A stretch of 64,000 bases of DNA. Origin: Gemmatimonadales bacterium. Lineage in GTDB: Bacteria; Gemmatimonadota; Gemmatimonadetes; Gemmatimonadales; GWC2-71-9. The DNA lies in contig DASPXD010000149.1 of the NCBI GenBank assembly GCA_035637435.1, forward strand, positions 26,018 to 90,017, written 5' to 3'. Positions 36,218 to 47,460 of this stretch are shown in pieces; position 1 is the stretch's first letter; every line of letters begins with the position of its first letter. The translations under genes and the position numbers were made by a program. The notes beneath the pieces are model-generated. The model was not told the DNA's origin, searched no databases, and saw only the letters and a list, made by a program, of their open reading frames with translations.

Positions 36218-37423
36218 TTGCTTCGCATCCGGGCTGGCCGGGTCCATCCCGTCACGGCGCCGTCCTTCGAGGACGGCGCCGTTCTTATTGACCGCGCGGG
36301 ACGGATCGCCGCGCTCGGGCCGGACGCGAGCGTGCCGCAGCCTGCCGCTGCGCAGGCACTGCATTTCCCCGACGCGGAGCTGATGCCCGGCCTCGTCAAT
36401 TGCCATACGCATCTCGAGCTCACGCAGCTGGGCGGCGGCAGGCGGCACGACGAGTCCGAATTCCTCACCTGGATCAGTCGGATCCGCGAGCTGAAGGAGG
36501 CGACCAGCGCGGAGGCGTTTTACGAGGCGGCGGTGGCGGGCGTGCGCGATTGCTGGACGCGCGGCGTCACCTGCATCGCGGAAACCGGCAGCACCGGTGC
36601 GGTGATGCGCGCGCTCCACGACCTCGGCGGTCGAGGGATCGTTTACCAGGAAGTCTTTGGCCCGGACCCCGCGCAGTGCGCCGCGAGCATGCACGAGCTC
36701 GAGAAGGCGGTCTTGCGACTGCGCCGTCTTGCAACTGCGCAATTGTCAGTTGGGGTTTCACCTCATGCACCGTACACCGTGAGCGCGCCACTCTACGATG
36801 CCGTGGCCGCGTTCGCTCGCAACGAAGGGTTGCCGATCGCTGTGCATGCCGCCGAATCACAAGAGGAGACGCTATTGGTGCGCGATGGTGCCGGACCGTT
36901 CGCCGCCGCATTGCGTGCGCGCGGAATCGTCATCGAGGCACGGAATTGCTCGCCGGTCGCGTATCTCCTGCAACGGGGCATCCTGCGCCCTGGCACGTTG
37001 TGCATTCATTGCGTGCAGGTCGATCAGGCCGACATCGAGCTGTTGCGCGTGACGCGGGCGGCGGTGGCGCATTGTCCCCGCTCCAACGCGGCGCATCGCC
37101 ATGGCCGGCTGCCGCTCGCATGGATTCGCGAGGCTGGCGTGCCGGTGGGCCTGGGCACCGACTCTGTGGTGAGCGTCGGCGAGTTGGATCTGTGGGCGGA
37201 GGCAGAAGCTGCCGCGCTTACCGGGGATGCGGCGCTGCGGATGCTTACAGTAGAAGGGGCGCGCGCGCTCGGCTGGGAACGTGAGATCGGTTCGCTGGAA
37301 GTCGGGAAAGCCGCAGATCTGGCGGTGTTTTCCCCTACCGTCCCTTACCGTCCTTTACCGTCCCTTACCGTCGTTCTTACAGTAGTCAGCGGCCGCATCG
37401 TGCATCAGATTTCCGCCCCATGA
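36218..37423 (+). CDS. Amidohydrolase-superfamily deaminase/chlorohydrolase-like enzyme
   Basis: LVNCHTHLEL metal motif, AVHAAES, and GTDSVVS. TTG 36218 lies just after the PBP stop. The C-terminal region carries a 10-nt repeat array. Confidence 0.7.
   Translation: MLRIRAGRVHPVTAPSFEDGAVLIDRAGRIAALGPDASVPQPAAAQALHFPDAELMPGLVNCHTHLELTQLGGGRRHDESEFLTWISRIRELKEATSAEAFYEAAVAGVRDCWTRGVTCIAETGSTGAVMRALHDLGGRGIVYQEVFGPDPAQCAASMHELEKAVLRLRRLATAQLSVGVSPHAPYTVSAPLYDAVAAFARNEGLPIAVHAAESQEETLLVRDGAGPFAAALRARGIVIEARNCSPVAYLLQRGILRPGTLCIHCVQVDQADIELLRVTRAAVAHCPRSNAAHRHGRLPLAWIREAGVPVGLGTDSVVSVGELDLWAEAEAAALTGDAALRMLTVEGARALGWEREIGSLEVGKAADLAVFSPTVPYRPLPSLTVVLTVVSGRIVHQISAP
37331..37380. repeat. Four to five tandem 10-mers (TCCCTTACCG) inside the amidohydrolase gene
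   Basis: tcccctaccg tcccttaccg tcctttaccg tcccttaccg tcgttcttac. Encodes PTVPYRPLPSLTVVLT. Confidence 0.9.
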
Positions 37424-37884
37424 AAACGCAGCGTCACGCGGCCATCCTGCGGATCGTGCGGCAGGAAACAGTGGGCAGCCAGGAGCAGCTGCGCGAGCGA
37501 CTCAAGGCCGAGGGCTACAACGTGACGCAGGCGACGCTGTCGCGCGACATCCGCGAGCTGGGTCTCGCCAAGGTCGCCGCGCCCGACGGCGGCTCGCACT
37601 ACGCGGCCGGAGCCGAGGGCGCCCCCGGGGGGGGCGTGCGGCCGCATCTGGAGCAGCTCCTTCCCACCATGCTCGTTTCCGCCGAAGGCGTCGGCCCGTT
37701 GCTCGTCCTCAAGACGACGACGGGAGCGGCGCAGGCGCTGGCTCTGGCATTGGACGGCGCCGGGTGGAGCGAGATCATCGGCACTATCGCCGGTGACGAT
37801 GCCATCCTGGTCATCACTCGCAGCGAGCGAGGCCGCCGCGCGGTGCAGGTGCGGCTGCAGGAGCTCGCAGGACTCCCCGCATGA
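37420..37884 (+). CDS. argR: Arginine repressor
   Basis: Winged-helix N-terminus (QEQLRERLKAEGYNVTQATLSRDIRELGL) and C-terminal oligomerisation domain (GTIAGDDAILVI). Confidence 0.88.
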   Translation: MKTQRHAAILRIVRQETVGSQEQLRERLKAEGYNVTQATLSRDIRELGLAKVAAPDGGSHYAAGAEGAPGGGVRPHLEQLLPTMLVSAEGVGPLLVLKTTTGAAQALALALDGAGWSEIIGTIAGDDAILVITRSERGRRAVQVRLQELAGLPA

Positions 37885-38570
37885 GAGCTCTCGTTGCTCT
37901 CGTAGCGCTGTTGCTCATCGCGAACGTCGGTAGCGCGCAATCTCCAAACACACTGAGCGATGGCGAAAAGGCCTCCGGCTGGCGGCTGCTGTTCGACGGG
38001 AAAACGACGGCCGGGTGGAGGAATTACGGGAAGAAGGAGATCTCCGACGGATGGGTGGTGCAGGATGGGGCGCTCACGCGCGTGGGCGCGGGCGGCGACA
38101 TCATCACGAGCGACGAATTCAAGAACTTCGAGCTGTCGATCGATTGGAAGATCGAGCCGGGCGGGAACAGCGGCATCTTCTATCGCGCCGCCGAAGATAC
38201 GGAAGAGATTTACTGGAACGCGGTGGAGATGCAGGTGCTCGACGACGCGCAGCACCCGGACGGCCAGTCACCCGTGACGTCGGCGGGTGCAGCCTACGAT
38301 CTTTATCCGGCGCCCCGGGGGCACGTACATCCGGGTGGTGAATGGAACACGGCGCGGCTGATCGTGAACGGCAATCACGTCGAGCACTGGCTCAACGGCT
38401 TCAAGCTGCTGGAGTACGAGCTCGGCAGCCGCGATTGGGATTCGAAGGTGGCGGGAAGCAAGTTCAAGCCACATCCCCGCTTCGGGAAAAACTCGCAGGG
38501 CCACATCGGCCTGCAGGACCACGGCAACGTCGTGGCCTACCGCAACATCAAGATTCGGGTGCTGCCATGA
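37881..38570 (+). CDS. DUF1080 (3-keto-disaccharide hydrolase-like) secreted protein
   Basis: Signal peptide, GWVVQDGAL, NSGIFYR, EMQVLDD, and GLQDHGNVVAYRNIKIRVL C-terminus. Confidence 0.75.
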   Translation: MRALVALVALLLIANVGSAQSPNTLSDGEKASGWRLLFDGKTTAGWRNYGKKEISDGWVVQDGALTRVGAGGDIITSDEFKNFELSIDWKIEPGGNSGIFYRAAEDTEEIYWNAVEMQVLDDAQHPDGQSPVTSAGAAYDLYPAPRGHVHPGGEWNTARLIVNGNHVEHWLNGFKLLEYELGSRDWDSKVAGSKFKPHPRFGKNSQGHIGLQDHGNVVAYRNIKIRVLP

Positions 38571-39916
38571 GCAGGAAACGCTCTCTCATCTCGCGGCGTC
38601 GCTTCGTCGGCGACGTCGCCACCGGTCTGACGTTCACGATCGTGCCGCCGCACGTGCTCGGGGCGCGCGGGCACAATCGTCTCGCGCCGAGCGACAAGCT
38701 CAGCATCGCCTGCATCGGCGTGGGCGGGATGGGCGCGAATGACGTGCGCGGCGTGGGCAAGACCGAGAACATCTACGCGCTGTGCGACGTGGACGACCGC
38801 CAGGCCGCCGGTTCGGTCGCCGCGTTTCCGCTGGCGAAACGGTTCAAGGATTTCCGGGTGCTGCTCGACAAAGAAGGAAAGAACATCGACGCCGTCACCG
38901 TCTCGACGCCCGATCACACGCACACGGTCGCCGGCATGATGGCGATGAAGCTCGGCAAGCACACGCGTATTCAAAAGCCCCTGGCGCGGACGTTATGGGA
39001 AGTGAAGCAACTCGAGGAGGCCGCGACGAAGTACAAAGTCGCGACGCAGATGGGCAACCAGGGCCACGCCGAGGAGGGCACGCGGCAGATCCGCGAATGG
39101 GTGGAGGCCGGCGCGATCGGCACGGTCCGCGAGATCCAGCTGTGGACCAACCGGCCGATCTGGCCGCAGGCGATCGAGCGGCCGCTCGATGAGGTCTACA
39201 CGCCGCAGTGGCTCGATTGGGATTTATGGCTCGGCCCCGCGCCGCAGCGGCCCTACCATCCCGCGTATGCGCCGTTCAAGTGGCGCGGCTGGTGGGATTT
39301 CGGCACCGGCGCGCTCGGCGACATCGCGTGTCACTCCATGGACGCCTCGTTTTGGACACTGGATCTCGGCTATCCCTCACGCATCGAGGCGGAGTCGACC
39401 AAGCTATTCAGCGAGACCGCACCCGCATGCTCGCGCATCACGTACGCATTTCCCGCGAAGGGCAACCGGCCGGCGGTCACCGTCGTGTGGCGCGACGGCA
39501 GCCTGTATCCGCCGCGTCCCAAAGAGATCACCGATCCGCTCGCGTGGCCGTTCGACACCAGCGGCCAGCTGTGGATCGGCGATGCAGGTAAGCTGGTCGC
39601 GGGGATCTATGGCGAGAGCCCGCGCCTGCTCGATGAGGCGAAGCAGGCGGAAATCACCGCGCATCCGCCGGCGCAGAAGTATCCGCGCACCGAGGGCGTC
39701 TACGCCGAGTGGATCGCCGCCTGCAAAGGTGGGACACCGGCTGGGTCGAACATTCCCGCCCACTCAGGGCCGCTCACCGAGATGGTGCTGCTCGGCAATT
39801 TGGCGGTGCGGACGGCGCAGCCGATCGACGTGAATCCGCTAACGGGTGCGGTGCTCACGCAGGGGATTCCGGAGGAGTACACGAAGCCGCGGTATCGGGC
39901 CGGTTGGATGTGGTAG
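38567..39916 (+). CDS. TAT-exported Gfo/Idh/MocA-family oxidoreductase
   Basis: Twin-arginine signal SRRRFVG and Rossmann motif IACIGVGGMGANDV. Its ATG overlaps the upstream stop (ATGA). Confidence 0.8.
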   Translation: MSRKRSLISRRRFVGDVATGLTFTIVPPHVLGARGHNRLAPSDKLSIACIGVGGMGANDVRGVGKTENIYALCDVDDRQAAGSVAAFPLAKRFKDFRVLLDKEGKNIDAVTVSTPDHTHTVAGMMAMKLGKHTRIQKPLARTLWEVKQLEEAATKYKVATQMGNQGHAEEGTRQIREWVEAGAIGTVREIQLWTNRPIWPQAIERPLDEVYTPQWLDWDLWLGPAPQRPYHPAYAPFKWRGWWDFGTGALGDIACHSMDASFWTLDLGYPSRIEAESTKLFSETAPACSRITYAFPAKGNRPAVTVVWRDGSLYPPRPKEITDPLAWPFDTSGQLWIGDAGKLVAGIYGESPRLLDEAKQAEITAHPPAQKYPRTEGVYAEWIAACKGGTPAGSNIPAHSGPLTEMVLLGNLAVRTAQPIDVNPLTGAVLTQGIPEEYTKPRYRAGWMW

Positions 39917-40030
39917 AAAAAGCAGGTCCTTCGCTTCGCTCAGGATGACACCTCTGCCTCTCTTTTTTTTAAGAAGGCAGGAGATCGAGGTTGTCATCCT
40001 GACCGCCGCAGGCGCGAAGGACCTGTTTTT
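39917..40030. repeat. 114-nt nested palindrome (three stems) that also looks like a bidirectional intrinsic terminator
   Basis: Outer stem caggtccttcgc / gcgaaggacctg (12 bp), middle stem caggatgaca / tgtcatcctg (10 bp), inner stem ctgcct / aggcag. Flanked by A5 on the left and T5 on the right. Confidence 0.8.
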
Positions 40031-40036
40031 CAGGTC

Positions 40037-40066
40037 TTGCGGACCGAAGCCGGTGTAGTGTATTTT
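40037..40066 (+). promoter_or_regulatory. Candidate sigma-70-type promoter of argG (TTGCGG-18 nt-TATTTT) overlapping the ARG box
   Basis: The -10-like hexamer ends 11 nt before the ATG and there is no SD-like sequence, which implies a very short or absent leader. Confidence 0.35.
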
Positions 40067-40073
40067 TATACAC
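40058..40073 (+). promoter_or_regulatory. Candidate ARG box (ArgR operator) 5 nt upstream of the argG ATG
   Basis: GTGTAT-TTTT-ATACAC has perfect 6-bp inverted arms around an AT core, similar to TGAAT-wwww-ATTCA. argR is encoded 2.2 kb upstream. Confidence 0.55.
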
Positions 40074-40077
40074 CAAT

Positions 40078-41317
<1,240 letters not shown>

Positions 41318-41334
<17 letters not shown>

Positions 41335-42730
41335 CACGCCCCTCCCTCCGCATCACATGTGGGGTGGGCGCTTCGTTCTGGGACCGAGCGAAGCGCTCGA
41401 CGCGTTAAACCGCAGCCTCCCCGTCGATCATCGTCTCTGGCCGCAGGACGTCGCCGCCAGCAAGGCGTGGGTACACGCCCTGTGCCGCGCCGGTGTGCTG
41501 ACCACCGCCGAAGAATCTCAGCTCCTCGAAGGCCTCGACCGCGTCGCCGACAAGCTCGCTGACGGCGCCGCCGCCGGCGCTCCCGATGAAGACGTGCACA
41601 CGCTGGTCGAGCGGCTGCTCTACGCGGAAATCGGTGCGGTGGCGGGGAAGCTGCACACCGGCCGCTCGCGCAACGACCAGGTCGCCACGGACCTGCGACT
41701 CTGGACCATCGATGCTATCGACGAGCTCGACGCCGCCGTCGCCGCCCTCGGCCGCACGCTCGTCGCCAAAGCCAAGGACGGGATGGACGCGATCCTTCCC
41801 GGCTACACCCACGGCCAGCGCGCCCAACCGGTGCGTTGGGCGTACGTGCTGCTGGCGCACGCGTGGCCGCTCGTCCGCGACCGCCAGCGCCTCGCGGATG
41901 CGCGCCGCCGCACGGCCGAGATGCCGCTCGGCTCGGGCGCGCTGGCGGGCTCCGGCTTTCCCGTCGATCGCGTCCTGCTGAAAGAGGCGCTCGGCTTCCG
42001 TGCCGTCTCCGCGAACGCGCTCGACGCGACCGGCGATCGCGACTTCGTCGCCGAGATCCTCTTCGCCATCGCGCTGGTTGGCACGCACTTGTCGCGTCTC
42101 GGTTCGGAGCTCATCACCTACGCGAGCGGCGAATTCGGATTCGTCTCGCTCGCCGACAGTTTCAGTACCGGGTCGAGCCTGATGCCGCAGAAACGCAATC
42201 CGGACGTGTTCGAGCTGGCGCGTGGCAAGGCCGGACGCATGCTGGGCGACTGCGTGGCGCTGCTCACGGTGTTGAAGGGCATTCCGGCCGGCTATCAGAA
42301 AGACCTGCAGGAAGACAAGGCGCTGCTGTTCGACGCGTGCGACACGCTGGCGACGGTGTTGCCCGCCGTGACGGGCGCGATCGACACGCTTACCGTGAAC
42401 GCGGAGCGGATGGCGGCGGCGCTCGATCCGGCGATGCGCGCCACCGATCTCGCCGACTTACTCGTCGAAGCAGGTGTGCCGTTCCGCGAAAGTCACGGAT
42501 TGATCGGCAGATTGGTCCGCGCCGCCGAACAGGCGGGTGTGTCGCTCGACAAGGTGCCCGCCAAAGTGGCGGCAGCGATTCATCCCGCGCTGGGACCGGC
42601 GCTGGGGCAGCTCGGCACCTGGGAGCAAAGCGTGGAAAGCCGTGCCACGCCTGGAGGTGCCTCGCGTGCCTCAGTCGAGTCGCAAATAGACGAGTTACGA
42701 CGCGCGTTTCAGCCAGCAGCGAGCTCGTAA
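41318..42730 (+). CDS. argH: Argininosuccinate lyase
   Basis: WGGRF N-terminus and GSSLMPQKRNPD signature. The start could be ATG 41318 (17-nt overlap with argG) or ATG 41357. Confidence 0.93.
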
Positions 42731-42774
42731 ATCCCTCACTTGCTGTAAGTTGCTGGTCGGTATTAGCATATCGC

Positions 42775-43323
42775 ATGCGTTGCCTAGCCCTCAATGCCTC
42801 GTTCGAGCCGCTGACCATGGTGCCGGTGCGCCGGGCGCTGCGGCTGGTCATTGATGGGAAGGCCGAGGTCGTCGAGGCGGAAGGCACGCCGGTCCATTCC
42901 GAGCGAATGGCGGTGCCACGCCCGGCTGTCATCCGACTCGTCCGCTTCGTCCACGTCCCCCGCCGCTTCCGTCGCCAAGTCACCAACACGTTCCTGTTTG
43001 CGCGCGACAACTACCGCTGCCAGTTCTGCGGCCGCTCGCAGCAGGAGCTGCGGCAGCGCGAGTGCTTGACGCGCGACCATCTCGTCCCGTTGTCCCGCGG
43101 CGGCACGAACGCCTGGACCAACGTCCTGACGGCGTGCTCGAGCTGCAACACCCGCAAGGGCAACCTGCTGCCCGAGGAAGTGGGCATGCACCCGCTGCGC
43201 TCGCCGCACGAGCCGCACTTCGTGCATCTCTCGTGGGCGGTGCGCCGGCTCACGCGGACGCAGGCGAAGTACATCCGGCTCTTCTACGGAGCGGATGTGC
43301 TGGCGACGCTCGAGGCGTTGTAA
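42775..43323 (+). CDS. HNH endonuclease (stand-alone, McrA-like fold)
   Basis: CQFCG...DHLVPLSRGG...N...CSSCNTRKGN HNH/zinc motif. The 495-aa ORF was trimmed to ATG 42775. Confidence 0.8.
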   Translation: MRCLALNASFEPLTMVPVRRALRLVIDGKAEVVEAEGTPVHSERMAVPRPAVIRLVRFVHVPRRFRRQVTNTFLFARDNYRCQFCGRSQQELRQRECLTRDHLVPLSRGGTNAWTNVLTACSSCNTRKGNLLPEEVGMHPLRSPHEPHFVHLSWAVRRLTRTQAKYIRLFYGADVLATLEAL

Positions 43324-43724
43324 TGGCCAGGATGCCCTGGGTGGTGGCGGGCGCCGGCGCAGCCGCGTTGGTGGGGGTTGTTTTTCTCACGAGGCCGGCC
43401 GGCGGCTCGACCCAGCATCCCACGCCGCGGCCCGGCATCACGGCCGCGAAGGTCCTCGCCGATCCGGCAATCCCACGCAACCCCGGTGCGCTCGAGGCGT
43501 ACGCGGCCGCGCGCACCATCGCTGCCACGCTCGATGGCGTCTACTGCCATTGCGATTGCTCGAAGCACTCCGGCCACCGCTCGCTGCTCACCTGCTACGA
43601 GTCAACGCACGCGGCCTATTGCGACATCTGCATGGGTGAGGCGATGCTGGCGAGCGGCATGGCGGGGCAGGGGAAATCGCTGACGGAAATCCGCGCCGCT
43701 ATCGACCGTCAATTCGGATCGTAG
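43323..43724 (+). CDS. Membrane-anchored Cys-rich protein (CYCXC / PCYCGC-like motif)
   Basis: TM anchor then YCHCDCSKHSGHRSLLTCYESTHAAYCDIC. Its ATG shares one nt with the HNH stop (TAATG). Confidence 0.6.
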   Translation: MARMPWVVAGAGAAALVGVVFLTRPAGGSTQHPTPRPGITAAKVLADPAIPRNPGALEAYAAARTIAATLDGVYCHCDCSKHSGHRSLLTCYESTHAAYCDICMGEAMLASGMAGQGKSLTEIRAAIDRQFGS

Positions 43725-44319
43725 GACTCCGCGCCTCGAGCCGCTGACGCGGCAGCCCCGCGAGGCGGACCAGCACCCGCTGCGCCCCCCGCGCCAACGC
43801 TTCGCCGAGATTTCCCTCGCCTGACACGGCAGGTCCCACCTGTCCCGAGAGCCAGCGCGACAATTCCTGCAGATCGGTGTCGTTGAGCGTCGTCACCTCG
43901 AGCCGCGCGACGAAGTAATAGCGGCCGGACCCGCTGCTCGGCCGCAAGGTCACGGTGTAGGAAATGTCCAGCGCCGCCGCCAGGTCATCCGGTGTCGCAT
44001 AGCGGCTCACGTTCCCTCCCTGACGGATCAGCACGAAGTCGTCGGCCAGCGGATCGTTGCGCGCGACGCCGTCCCACGAGACCTCGCGGATGAACTGATC
44101 GAACCAGGACGTGCGCACCTTCCACAGCTCGAGCCGGTAGTGCAGCCGCAGCGGAAAGCCCGAGCGCATCAGCCCCACGAATTTGCCGTCGGCCAGGAGC
44201 CCCGTGCTGCGCACGCGCGGGACGTCGTTTTGCAGCGTGACCGTCAGCGTGGGAGACTGCGCGACGCCCACCTGTGGCGTGAGGGCCAGGGCGATGGCCA
44301 CCCACCAACGAAGGCGCAC
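43699..44319 (-). CDS. Periplasmic protein, DUF4390-like
   Basis: Signal peptide (WWVAIALALTPQVGVAQ). The G-FPLRLHYRLELWKVRTSWFDQFI...L pattern is as I recall for DUF4390 proteins linked to NtrY/NtrX. GTG 44319 lies 1 nt after the OMP stop. Confidence 0.5.
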   Translation of the reverse strand: MRLRWWVAIALALTPQVGVAQSPTLTVTLQNDVPRVRSTGLLADGKFVGLMRSGFPLRLHYRLELWKVRTSWFDQFIREVSWDGVARNDPLADDFVLIRQGGNVSRYATPDDLAAALDISYTVTLRPSSGSGRYYFVARLEVTTLNDTDLQELSRWLSGQVGPAVSGEGNLGEALARGAQRVLVRLAGLPRQRLEARSPTIRIDGR

Positions 44320-44320
44320 T

Positions 44321-46065
44321 CTAGAACCGGTGATCGAGCCGGACCGTGAAGCGCAGCCGTTCGCCGGTTGTGACCGCCTTGGCGATGTAGACTCCGAATC
44401 CTCCCCAGTCGACGCCCAGTCCCGCGTCCACGAGCCAACTCGAGAACCCGGGGATTCTGCCGGACGGCACGTGGCCTGGTTGATTACCAACCAGCCAGCC
44501 CTGGCCCGCATCCGCGAACACCACGACGTCCAGTCCTTCCAGCCAGAAGAACGATCCCGCGCCCTCGTCGCGCTCCGGTTTGTCGTCCTTCCACGGGTTG
44601 TAGCTCCAGTTGAGCTTCACGTGGCCGCGATACTCCGTCTGGAACGCGATGACGCGGTCGCACGCCGCGACCCGTGCGGCGGCGAACGCGGGGTCGGTGA
44701 AGGCGGTGTTGCACGAGCTGGCGCGGAACGGATGGCCGGGCATCGGGTCGGGACCGCCGAGCGACAGACGGCGCTGCAGCGGCAGCGGATCGCCGCCCGC
44801 CCAGCCGCCGGCGATCAGCCGCAGGTTCACGCGTCCCGACGGGCTGATGCGGGCGTAATGCCGGAGGTCGAAGAACATCCGGCCGAAGCCGTACGACCCA
44901 TCGGTCGGAATCGAATCGCGGATGCTCGCCGGTACGCCGCTGTGGGGGACGACGTCTTTACTGCCCGAATGCTCGAACGTCGTGCGTACCAGCCATCCCG
45001 AGGAGGGCTCATCGGGATCGTTGCGCGTGTCGAGCGCGGCGCCCAGAGCGAGCGTCGTGAAGTGCCCTTCGTCGATCGGCGGGTTCGGGCGCCACGGCTC
45101 GGAATTGCGGAACACCGTCCAGGGATCCTGCGTGCCGACGCCCGTCTGCCATTCACGACGCAGCTCGAGCGACAGCGCGATCTGGCGTTCCGGTTGCGCG
45201 AACACCCGCGCCGCCCATCCCTTGTTCAGGTAGTAGTCGCGGTAATCGCGGCCGAAGATAAACGCGCTCCACCCGATCTCGGCATCATGCAGTCCCCAGT
45301 CTTCGACGGGTGAGACGACGTCGAATGCGCGCAGGCCGAACCCCACCGGGCGCACGTCGCCGGCGCGCAGTTCGCTGCGGAACATGTAGCCGAGGTCGCT
45401 GCGCTTGTCGGAGAGATCGCCGGCCGACCGAAACACGCCCAGCGCATCGACGCGCAGCCGGAAGTTCTGCTCGAGCTTCCAGTCGACCAGCGGCCCGAAG
45501 ACGACCGGCAGCCCCTCGATGCGATTGAACGTTCCCCCCGTGGCGATCGTCAGGGACGAGCGCGAGTCGGCGGTACCCCAGGAGACGTGCGCGCCCGGAT
45601 TCCACAGCCGGCGCCGCAGGTTGGGGGCGTAGACGATCTCGTCCCCTTCCTTATGCAGGCGGTAGAGCAGGGGCTCGCGATACTGCCGCACCTCCCCGCC
45701 GATCCGCGCTTTGGCCGTGTCGTTGACCGTGCCGCCGACGACGATGACGTCGCCGGTCACTTCGGCCCCGCCCCCCTGATCGAACAGCAGATCGCCGTTG
45801 ATCACGACGAGCGTGCCCTGGACCCGGCCCGCGACGAGCACCGGCCCGTTGCGGACCGCCACGTTGCCGCGCCACTCGTTGCCACGCGGCAGCCGGGTCC
45901 GGCCGACGAGGCGGGTCGTGCCGGCGGCGTTGTAGAACCGGATGACTTCCTCGGACACGACGCGCGGCAGCGCCCGCGCCTCGAGCGTGGCGCTCGAGCT
46001 GTCGGGATGGATGACGATCGTGGTGTCCTGTAGGGCGGGAGCGGCCAGCGCTAACAGTAGTGTGA

Positions 46066-46069
<4 letters not shown>
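44321..46069 (-). CDS. Outer-membrane beta-barrel protein (Omp85/surface-antigen-like) with an N-terminal bactofilin-like beta-helix segment
   Basis: Signal-like N-terminus and a repetitive G.V.V.G segment (GNVAVRNGPVLVAGRVQGTLVVINGDLLF...GDVIVVGGTV). About 400 aa of alternating beta pattern follow, with an LSLGGPDPMPGHPF motif and a terminal aromatic (RLDHRF). Confidence 0.6.

Positions 46070-47456
<1,387 letters not shown>

Positions 47457-47460
<4 letters not shown>

Noticed and set aside
36991-37006. A sigma-54 promoter-like TGGCAC motif (TGGCACGTTGTGCATT), searched for because a sigma-54 activator is encoded in the window.
   Set aside because: After TGGCAC plus 5 nt the sequence is GCAT, not TTGC, so the -24/-12 spacing is wrong. 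The site also lies inside the amidohydrolase ORF. Other TGGCAC occurrences (about 19229, 27545, 31975, 50348, 55227) also lack a correctly spaced TTGC.
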